Virus record (IMG/VR): IMGVR_UViG_3300042566_000678
Location: 84,236-148,235 of that record
Source of the DNA: a virus
DNA: 64,000 nt
Direction: 5' to 3' (one strand)
The position numbers were made by a program, and so were the translations under genes. Below the pieces are notes generated by a model that saw only the letters and a list, made by a program, of their open reading frames with translations, ran no database searches and was not told where the DNA came from. Below, piece by piece: positions 58,033 through 64,000 of the stretch. Every line of letters begins with the position of its first letter. Positions within the stretch are counted from its first letter, which is position 1.

Positions 58033-58116
58033 TGGTGAGAGTAGAAGGACTCGAACCTCCGAACTCGTAGAGAGCTGATTTACAGTCAGCCGCAATTGCC
58101 ACTATGCGATACTCCC
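58033..58116 (-). tRNA. tRNA-Tyr(GTA)
   Basis: Loop CTGTAAA, long variable arm, CCA. Confidence 0.93.
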
Positions 58117-58121
58117 AATTG

Positions 58122-58193
58122 AGCAGGTAGTCAGATTCGAACTGACGTCTCCGGTTTGGAAGACCAGAGCACTAACCTCTGTGCTATACCTGC
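58122..58193 (-). tRNA. tRNA-Gly(TCC)
   Basis: Loop CTTCCAA, U73. Confidence 0.93.
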
Positions 58194-58196
58194 TTA

Positions 58197-58408
58197 TTTC
58201 CCCACATTGAGATTACTTGTGAGTAGTTATTTCGGTTTTTTCTTCTGTTCCAAAAACCTGCGAGGCATCCCTCATAAAAACAGTCAACACTACTGGGAGG
58301 AGGTGTGTCACTCTCCTTTATTCCCACGAAGTCCCACTCGCGCCGTAGACTTTCTGCGGAATCATTCTTTAAGTCTTGATTCGAAGACTTTGAGTATCTC
58401 TTACTCAT
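58197..58408 (-). ncRNA. manA-like structured RNA
   Basis: ~210 nt, many hairpins; GTTGACTG...GGAACAGAA...AGTAATCTCA segments recalled from the manA motif (not verified with Rfam). Confidence 0.55.
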
Positions 58409-58410
58409 TG

Positions 58411-58484
58411 TGGACCAGGTAGGAATCGAACCTACTACCTTTTGATTATGAGTCAACTGCTCTAACCGAGTGAGCTACAAGTCC
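58411..58484 (-). tRNA. tRNA-CAT (Ile2-like or elongator Met)
   Basis: Loop CTCATAA; GG..TAGCTCA..GGTTAGAGCA body resembles Ile2. Confidence 0.88.
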
Positions 58485-58491
58485 AATAAGG

Positions 58492-58599
58492 TGCCGGTGG
58501 AGAGATTGGTTACTCACACGATGTCCTTTTCGGTTACACCACCATACTAGTATAGGTACGTCTAATGGTTGTACTTCCCATTCGTTCCGCCACACCGGC
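58492..58599 (-). ncRNA. Aberrant Leu-like tRNA-like RNA with a hairpin inserted in the D loop
   Basis: GCCGGTG/CACCGGC-A acceptor, GGCGGAA..AGACGT D arm, degenerate T loop TAACCAAT. Confidence 0.55.
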
Positions 58600-58716
58600 A
58601 TATTTCTTTTGTAATGTCTGTACGGTTTGTGTCTTATCTACTCCTTTATACGAGCTTCAAAAGTTTCCATTTCATACATAGCGTCCGTTCCGTCATTCTT
58701 TCGAATCATTACAAAG

Positions 58717-58790
58717 TGGAGAATGTGGGATTCGAACCCACGACCTCTTGAATGCAAATCAAGCGTTCTAGCCAACTGAACTAAATCCCC
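58717..58790 (-). tRNA. tRNA-Ala(TGC)
   Basis: Loop TTTGCAT, G3-U70. Confidence 0.95.
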
Positions 58791-58793
58791 ATT

Positions 58794-58901
58794 AAAGATA
58801 GCTTATGATGTTCACATTTTCCATCATAAGAAGAAACGACCAGTCAAGTTGTGAATCTTACTTTACGTTGCCTGCAACAGGTGCATCTTACTTCTATCTT
58901 T
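58794..58901 (-). ncRNA. Candidate kissing-loop RNA
   Basis: AAAGATAG/CTATCTTT closing stem; two hairpin loops with complementary TTCACA/TGTGAA. Confidence 0.5.
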
Positions 58902-58902
58902 G

Positions 58903-58985
58903 TACTCGAAGAGGGACTTGAACCCACACGCCCATACGGACAAAACATTTTAAGTGTTTCTTGTCTACCATTCCAACATTCGAGC
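58903..58985 (-). tRNA. tRNA-Leu(TAA)
   Basis: Loop CTTAAAA, long variable arm. Confidence 0.93.
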
Positions 58986-59002
58986 AACTTATTTTAGTAT
59001 TA

Positions 59003-59034
59003 CAAATATAATAAAAATATTTTATATATCCAAA
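59003..59034 (-). promoter_or_regulatory. Class II promoter for the middle tRNA block
   Basis: TTTGG-N19-TATATTTG. Confidence 0.7.
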
Positions 59035-61218
59035 TTATTCTACATATTTTGTCCAACTATCTACATTAAAACATCCTCCACAATCGGATTTTTTTTGTAA
59101 TAATTTTTGAACGCTTTGAACTCTAATTTCCGATAAATTTGGATTGTTATAAGTATATAATCTATCTATAAAAATAGATGGTAATCCTTTAATGTTTAAA
59201 TATCTTAAATTATTATTCCAAACTAAAAACCAACTTAAAAGTGGATTTTTTGTACAATCCAATGATTCAATTTTATTATCATGCACCCAAAGTCCTTTAA
59301 GCATTGGGTTGCCACTCAAATTTAAAGCTGTCAATCTGTTATTTTGCATATACAATTGTTGCAGGTTTGGATTGTGAGTTATATCAATTGATGTTACACC
59401 TCTGGTTGTTCCGTATCCAGTTCTACCTTCTGTATTACCAAAATCCAATTCAGTTAAATTTGGATTTCTAGAAACATCAAATGTTACAATATCATTATCC
59501 CCTGCACCAAAGTATTGTAATTTTGATAATGAACTTACATCAATACTTGTCAATTTATTATCCCAAAGTGAAACCCAAGTCAGATTAGTATTTTTGGATA
59601 AATCAACACTACTAATTTCATTGTGAATAATTCTTAACCTTTGTAGATTAGGGAATGCCTCTATACCTCTGATACTTACAATACCCATAGGATTTAGGAT
59701 TTCTATGGTAGTTGCGTTTGCAATTGGTGCAGTTTTAATCCGCCCATCCAAAACAAAATCATATCCCCTATCTATTAGTGCTTGCTCAAATCTACTATCT
59801 GGCACACTCATATACTCCGGCAATGCCGATAGAGATGGTGGTGGAGTTGTTACAATTGGACCAGGTACAAATGGTGTAGATGGTGATGATGCCGTTGGTG
59901 GGGTAGGTACTATTGGTGCTACATATACCGGTGGTGGTGTATCATCCAATGTTCTGAAATTGCGTTCATCACCATATACTATACCCTTTGAGTTTATACA
60001 ATATGCTCTAATATAGTAGGTTGAATTTGGTATTAATTCATTTACATCTACCATATATCCACCCAAACCTTTCCCATATATAAGTTTTCTATCTGAAATT
60101 GTAGGTGTTTTTTCTCTACTAATAACCACACCCTTTTCAGTTACAGGTGTATTACCTTCATTTGTAACCTCACCACCAATTCTTGCACTCTTAAATGAAA
60201 TATTCCCAATATCGTTGGTAGATATTTTAGCAAATGTATAATCTAATGTTGAAAAATTGATTTCATCACCATATACAATACCCGCTTCATTTTGAGCGTA
60301 TGCTCTTACATAGTATTTAGTATTTACCTCCAATTTAGTAACTACTATTTTATATTCACCCAAGTCTGTGACTGATGATTTGAACTTTAAATCCTCCACC
60401 GATGGTTTTGGTGATTTAGATACAACTACACCACGTTCTTTCAATTCTCCCCTACCCAAATCTTTTACATTACCACTTAATGTTACCACATCTAATCCAA
60501 CATCCGTTGCAGGATTTGTTTGGATTGTAGGTAGTTTATACTCTAATGTTGAAAATGAAAGTTCTTTACCATACGATGTACCCATAGCATTTGTAGCAAA
60601 GGCACGGACATTGTACTTTGTTCCTGCTTTTAGTTTGATTACAACTAAATTGAATACACCCATACCATCACCTGTATTGAATGTACTATCGGTAGTTGTA
60701 GGTGTTTGGTTGGTACTAATGCAAAATCCTCGCTTTAATATAGGTGTTTCACCATCATCTGTAATATTACCATATAGTTTTACCGATGTTAGAGTTATAT
60801 TACCCAAACTATCGGTTGTTAAAGTTGGTAGTATATAATCACCAGTTGTAAAATTCTTTAATTGACCATATGCAATACCATATTTGTTTTTGGCGTATGC
60901 ATTATAGTAATAGGTTTTATTTGGTGTTAGTTTGGTTAGTTGTGATTTAAATATTGTAACATTTGTATCCAATTTAATGGTAGTACCATATCCACCAACA
61001 TCTGGATTAGTTGCGTAAATAAATCCACGTTCAATTGTAGGTGCATAGGGTACATCTTCTACTTTACCTACAATAAATGCTGATTTAAGTGTAACATTGG
61101 TTGCATCCTCTGTTAATACAGATGGTGGTAAATCAATAATCGTTGGTGTTAGTGCTTCTTCCTTTGCACACCCTAATAATAGGAAAATACCTATTAGACT
61201 GATTTGTAACTTTTTCAT
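59035..61218 (-). CDS. Surface lipoprotein: four FN3-like repeats, Pro-rich linker, leucine-rich repeats
   Basis: Lipobox LLGC; four ~88-aa repeats ending Y(Y/N)xxA(Y/F)xxNxxGxxYG; LRRs such as NxLTSIDVS. Confidence 0.88.
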   Translation of the reverse strand: MKKLQISLIGIFLLLGCAKEEALTPTIIDLPPSVLTEDATNVTLKSAFIVGKVEDVPYAPTIERGFIYATNPDVGGYGTTIKLDTNVTIFKSQLTKLTPNKTYYYNAYAKNKYGIAYGQLKNFTTGDYILPTLTTDSLGNITLTSVKLYGNITDDGETPILKRGFCISTNQTPTTTDSTFNTGDGMGVFNLVVIKLKAGTKYNVRAFATNAMGTSYGKELSFSTLEYKLPTIQTNPATDVGLDVVTLSGNVKDLGRGELKERGVVVSKSPKPSVEDLKFKSSVTDLGEYKIVVTKLEVNTKYYVRAYAQNEAGIVYGDEINFSTLDYTFAKISTNDIGNISFKSARIGGEVTNEGNTPVTEKGVVISREKTPTISDRKLIYGKGLGGYMVDVNELIPNSTYYIRAYCINSKGIVYGDERNFRTLDDTPPPVYVAPIVPTPPTASSPSTPFVPGPIVTTPPPSLSALPEYMSVPDSRFEQALIDRGYDFVLDGRIKTAPIANATTIEILNPMGIVSIRGIEAFPNLQRLRIIHNEISSVDLSKNTNLTWVSLWDNKLTSIDVSSLSKLQYFGAGDNDIVTFDVSRNPNLTELDFGNTEGRTGYGTTRGVTSIDITHNPNLQQLYMQNNRLTALNLSGNPMLKGLWVHDNKIESLDCTKNPLLSWFLVWNNNLRYLNIKGLPSIFIDRLYTYNNPNLSEIRVQSVQKLLQKKSDCGGCFNVDSWTKYVE

Positions 61219-61289
61219 ATTTTACTTTTAGATTTTATGAAACAAATATACAACATTTATTTCACAATTCCTAATTTTTTTAATAAAAG

Positions 61290-61359
61290 TTGCGTGTTCG
61301 GGGTTCGAACCCAATTGGCTTTCCTTATGAGAGATAGCTATTTTCCACTAATCCACGCA
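61290..61359 (-). tRNA. Degenerate tRNA-Met(CAT)-like gene with no clear D stem
   Basis: TGCGTG/CACGCA acceptor, loop CTCATAA, T arm TTGGG-TTCGAAC-CCCGA. Confidence 0.55.
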
Positions 61360-61362
61360 ATC

Positions 61363-61437
61363 TGGTGTGATTGAAGGGAATCGAACCCTTATTGAATGCA
61401 CCACAAACATTTGTCCTACCATTAGACGACAATCACC
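61363..61437 (-). tRNA. tRNA-His(GTG)
   Basis: Loop TTGTGGT, G-1 present, A73, CCA. Confidence 0.92.
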
Positions 61438-61438
61438 G

Positions 61439-61509
61439 AGGTGAATATTGGATTTGAACCAATGTAAATGGTTTTGCAGACCACCCCCTCGCCTCTCGGG
61501 CAATTCACC
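61439..61509 (-). tRNA. tRNA-Cys(GCA)
   Basis: Loop CTGCAAA, U73. Confidence 0.92.
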
Positions 61510-61514
61510 TTATG

Positions 61515-61586
61515 TAGTTCCATAGAGACTCGAACTCCAACTTTGACATCCGTAGTGTCAGGTGCTATCCATTACACCATAGAACC
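61515..61586 (-). tRNA. tRNA-Arg(ACG)
   Basis: Loop CTACGGA. Confidence 0.92.
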
Positions 61587-61591
61587 AATTG

Positions 61592-61662
61592 CACACCCAC
61601 TAGGATTCGAACCCAGAACAACGGAGTTGGAGTCCGTTATGATACCATTTCACCATAGATGC
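61592..61662 (-). tRNA. tRNA-Trp(CCA)
   Basis: Loop CTCCAAC, G73. Confidence 0.9.
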
Positions 61663-61813
61663 GTATTTACTTTCCAACTGAAAAAATTACCTCCAAAAAA
61701 TTTTTGGACCTTTACCCAAAAGTTGAAAAAGTGTAGGAATAATACGAACATCCCCCCGTAGTGGATTCAAACCACATTTTTTTCTCGTCTGGAACGGGGG
61801 ATAATTCGTATTG

Positions 61814-61887
61814 TAGGAATAATAGGAATCGAACCTATAACCGCTGACGTATCAGGTCAGTGCTCTAACCAATTGAGCTATATTCCT
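61814..61887 (-). tRNA. tRNA-Ile(GAT)
   Basis: Loop CTGATAC. Confidence 0.93.
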
Positions 61888-61890
61888 ATG

Positions 61891-61963
61891 TAGAGTAGGC
61901 AGGACTCGAACCTGCAACCTCACGCACCCAAAACGTGTAATCTAGCCATTGATATACTACTCT
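61891..61963 (-). tRNA. tRNA-Pro(TGG)
   Basis: Loop TTTGGGT. Confidence 0.88.
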
Positions 61964-61969
61964 ATATTG

Positions 61970-62042
61970 TGAACCCGTTGGGAATCGAACCCAAAACCCC
62001 TACATTAAAAGTGTAGTGCTCTACCAATTGAGCTACGAGTTC
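61970..62042 (-). tRNA. tRNA-Lys(TTT)
   Basis: Loop CTTTTAA. Confidence 0.94.
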
Positions 62043-62045
62043 TTG

Positions 62046-62122
62046 TGGTGGAACCTGTGGAAATCGAATCACACTCCTTTGGTTTTTCAGACCAACGTAC
62101 GCACCAGCTATACCAAAGTTCC
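62046..62122 (-). tRNA. tRNA-Phe(GAA)
   Basis: Loop CTGAAAA, CCA; irregular T stem. Confidence 0.85.
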
Positions 62123-62127
62123 AATTG

Positions 62128-62210
62128 TGGGAGTTGATGGATTCGAACCACCTACCCATGCAGGTTACCAGATTTACAGTCTAGCGCTTAACCAATTCAG
62201 CCTAACTCCC
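62128..62210 (-). tRNA. tRNA-Tyr(GTA), second divergent copy
   Basis: Loop CTGTAAA, long variable arm. Confidence 0.88.
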
Positions 62211-62252
62211 CGTTCAAATCCGATTTTGATATGTAGCATCGGGAACTACCTG

Positions 62253-62325
62253 TACTCTCGATAGGATTCGAACCTATAAAACCCGGTGTCTAAAACCGGT
62301 GACTTTACCTTTTGTCCACAAGAGT
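62253..62325 (-). tRNA. tRNA with TAG (Leu) anticodon but a short variable loop
   Basis: CCGGT-TTTAGAC-ACCGG, 5-nt variable loop, A73. Confidence 0.8.
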
Positions 62326-62337
62326 ATTTGTTGTAGT

Positions 62338-62856
62338 TTATTCATAACCCCTGTAATTTCTTAAATAAACATTTCTTTTATTATATTTTCTTTGAGAGTT
62401 ACCATTGTTTTTACTACCATAATTTTCAGTTTGTGAATGGCAATTTGGACAAAGTAATCTTAAATTATTCAAATTGTTATTATCAGAATTACCATCTATA
62501 TGGTCTAATTGTAATGTTAGTGGTCTACCATTCCATTCAGCTGATATTCCACAATCAAAACATTCATTTTTCACACTATCTTTTAGATACCTTTTAAGTG
62601 CAAAATTATTAGTAGATGTACCATTTAATATTTTTGGTAAACTTATTGTTTTACTTTTATATTCCGCACAGCATTTTGAATTACAATATTGTTTTACATA
62701 GTTATTTAATTCAGCATCACAATTTTTACATTTAGGTTTTGTTCTTCCACTTGTCCTTTTAGGATATACTTTATTGTTATATTTAGCAGCACAGCTATTT
62801 GAACAAAACTTTCTATTTTTTGGTATATCAATACCACATTCATTACATTTATTCAT
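62338..62856 (-). CDS. Free-standing HNH endonuclease with N-terminal Zn fingers
   Basis: Two CxxC...FCS/YCN fingers; LQLDHIDGNSDNN..NLRLLCPNCH. Confidence 0.9.
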   Translation of the reverse strand: MNKCNECGIDIPKNRKFCSNSCAAKYNNKVYPKRTSGRTKPKCKNCDAELNNYVKQYCNSKCCAEYKSKTISLPKILNGTSTNNFALKRYLKDSVKNECFDCGISAEWNGRPLTLQLDHIDGNSDNNNLNNLRLLCPNCHSQTENYGSKNNGNSQRKYNKRNVYLRNYRGYE

Positions 62857-62920
62857 TTTCGAACTATTTAGTGTTATACCTATAAATATACACTTATATA
62901 TTCAAACAACAATTTTATTG

Positions 62921-62994
62921 TGATGGGTACAGGATTTGAACCTGTAAACCTCTTGGATGTAAGCCAAGCGCTCTACCAATTGAGCTAACCCACC
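62921..62994 (-). tRNA. tRNA-Val(TAC)
   Basis: Loop CTTACAT. Confidence 0.93.
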
Positions 62995-63005
62995 ATTTCA
63001 CCATT

Positions 63006-63018
63006 ATGTCAAAGAACT
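63006..63018 (-). promoter_or_regulatory. boxA-like antitermination sequence
   Basis: AGTTCTTTGACAT between tRNA-Asn and tRNA-Val. Confidence 0.55.
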
Positions 63019-63026
63019 TATTCTTG

Positions 63027-63098
63027 CGTTGGTAATAGGACTCGAACCTATAATCTTCCGGTTAACAGCCGGGCGCTTCACCATTAAGCTATACCAAC
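63027..63098 (-). tRNA. tRNA-Asn(GTT)
   Basis: Loop CTGTTAA, G73; starts directly after the terminator U tract. Confidence 0.92.
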
Positions 63099-63133
63099 AA
63101 AAAAACCCCTAACTTTTTTACAAGTCAGGGGTT
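63099..63133 (-). terminator. Intrinsic terminator of the putative attenuator
   Basis: AACCCCTGACTT-GTAAAA-AAGTTAGGGG followed by TTTTTTT. Confidence 0.85.
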
Positions 63134-63160
63134 GTTTTAATTTAAGTATGTAGTTTGGTT

Positions 63161-63304
63161 TTATCCCAAGTCTACATCATTTAATATTGTTACCCCTAAC
63201 TGTGTTTTAATTCCTTTCGAACTAAAATCACACACGCGATTGCCTACCCATGCCAAAGTTGACATCGGTTGATAAGTAATCGTATGTAGGTTAAGAGTTT
63301 TCAT
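63161..63304 (-). CDS. 47-aa putative leader peptide (not in ORF track)
   Basis: MKTLNLHTITYQPMSTLAWVGNRVCDFSSKGIKTQLGVTILNDVDLG*; A-rich initiation context; contains the antiterminator arm at 63201-63192. Confidence 0.7.
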   Translation of the reverse strand: MKTLNLHTITYQPMSTLAWVGNRVCDFSSKGIKTQLGVTILNDVDLG

Positions 63305-63361
63305 TTCTTTATTTATAATAATATATATGTAATTTTTTTATTTTTAATTAAATTATTTTAG

Positions 63362-63432
63362 AGCGGTGGGATGGAATTGAACCACCTCATCCGACCTGGA
63401 CGGCCGGTATGCTACCGTAACACTTCCACCGC
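63362..63432 (-). tRNA. Non-canonical tRNA-Gly(TCC)-like
   Basis: GCGGTGG/CCACCGC-T acceptor; loop CGTCCAG (G33), A8. Confidence 0.65.
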
Positions 63433-63435
63433 TTG

Positions 63436-63508
63436 TGGAGCGAAACAAAGGAATCAAACCTCCTCTTCTCTACGGATGTAGAGTGTGCTATCGTTACACC
63501 AATCTCGC
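63436..63508 (-). tRNA. Non-canonical tRNA-Gly-like with a shortened anticodon loop
   Basis: GCG acceptor, U73, CCA; CTCTA-CATCCG-TAGAG; D loop lacks GG. Confidence 0.6.
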
Positions 63509-63518
63509 TTATATTATT

Positions 63519-64000
63519 ACGGATGAGAATACTCACGTAAAAGAACCAGCTTTCGTTGGATTATTGTTTCCCAACTTTTCCACTACCTTTTGGGTAGTAC
63601 CGATTCAATGCGGGTTGGTTAAGCCAACCACTCATAAAGTTACAAACTACTCTCTCTTTACTCCGCTTCTTCTACTCTGCCGAACAGATTCACACTTGCG
63701 GTGTTAGAAGTTTTTCGAAAGAATCACAGACCTCTTGCGGAGGTATCGTGGCAAGGAACAACTCCCTACTATGTACGCACCTTTCGTTTGCAACTGACGA
63801 ACACTTTTGCTCTTTTTGTTTATAGTTTGCACTAACAGGCAAATTGAGTTTGGTTCGTAGATGGTTTCAAGTAGTGGTTCGCCAACCTGCTTCGTTACCT
63901 TTTGAGCAACAAAATACTGAACTACTCGATGTGTTATCCCTAACACCATACTTTAAGTTTGCTTCATAACTCCTACCTTGGTAGGTGAAGAGTAAGGATA
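63519..64000 (-). ncRNA. 3' part of a large structured RNA, probably GOLLD-like; 5' end lies outside the window
   Basis: >480 nt with no credible ORF, GC-richer than flanks, dense hairpins (CCTCCGCAAGAGG, ACACCGCAAGTGT, CTACCCAAAAGGTAG), adjacent to tRNAs. Confidence 0.6.

Noticed and set aside
1-64000. The many plus-strand ORFs in the track
   Set aside because: They are antisense shadows of well-supported minus-strand genes or RNAs and have no recognisable motifs; only 33492..33650 is kept.
56173-64000. Short ORFs overlapping tRNAs and ncRNAs (e.g. 58184..58456, 61962..62159, 63704..63949)
   Set aside because: They overlap clear RNA genes and lack protein features.
1-64000. Stop-codon recoding
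   Set aside because: Genes are full length under code 11, TAG and TGA both end genes, and no canonical suppressor tRNA was found.

Overview
A 64-kb, AT-rich, gene-dense piece of a large T4-like or jumbo dsDNA phage genome, with almost everything on the minus strand and the standard genetic code. The host is very probably Bacteroidota, based on repeated TTTGG-N19-TAnnTTTG promoters, a DUF4494 gene, Bacteroidota-type lipoproteins and a TonB-dependent receptor. In coordinate order the window holds: (1) small early genes and an AAA+/vWA-metallopeptidase pair; (2) accessory metabolism (six 2OG-Fe(II) oxygenases, ClpP, SGNH hydrolase, nuclease, thyA, HAD); (3) probable virion-associated proteins and a five-glycosyltransferase cluster; (4) PD-(D/E)XK nucleases; (5) a ~14-kb island of secreted/outer-membrane proteins (beta-barrel, TBDR plus lipoprotein with a Pho-box-like repeat, lipase, CsgG-like protein, cohesin/dockerin-like proteins); (6) a replication module (clamp loader, GroES, glycosyltransferase, DUF4338, clamp, PolB) and an Acb1-like 2H phosphoesterase; (7) a ~7.8-kb RNA array with 24 recognisable tRNAs, 5 aberrant tRNA-like RNAs, several structured ncRNAs (manA-like, GOLLD-like) and two inserted genes. 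The best candidate for a new system is a 47-codon leader ORF (63304-63161, below the ORF-track cutoff). It uses 19 of the 20 amino acids in its first 27 codons and overlaps an antiterminator/terminator switch that ends immediately before the first tRNA of a 13-tRNA block. This suggests a ribosome-stalling attenuator that senses loss of almost any tRNA and switches on phage replacement tRNAs. All family assignments are by eye from motifs; no database searches were run.
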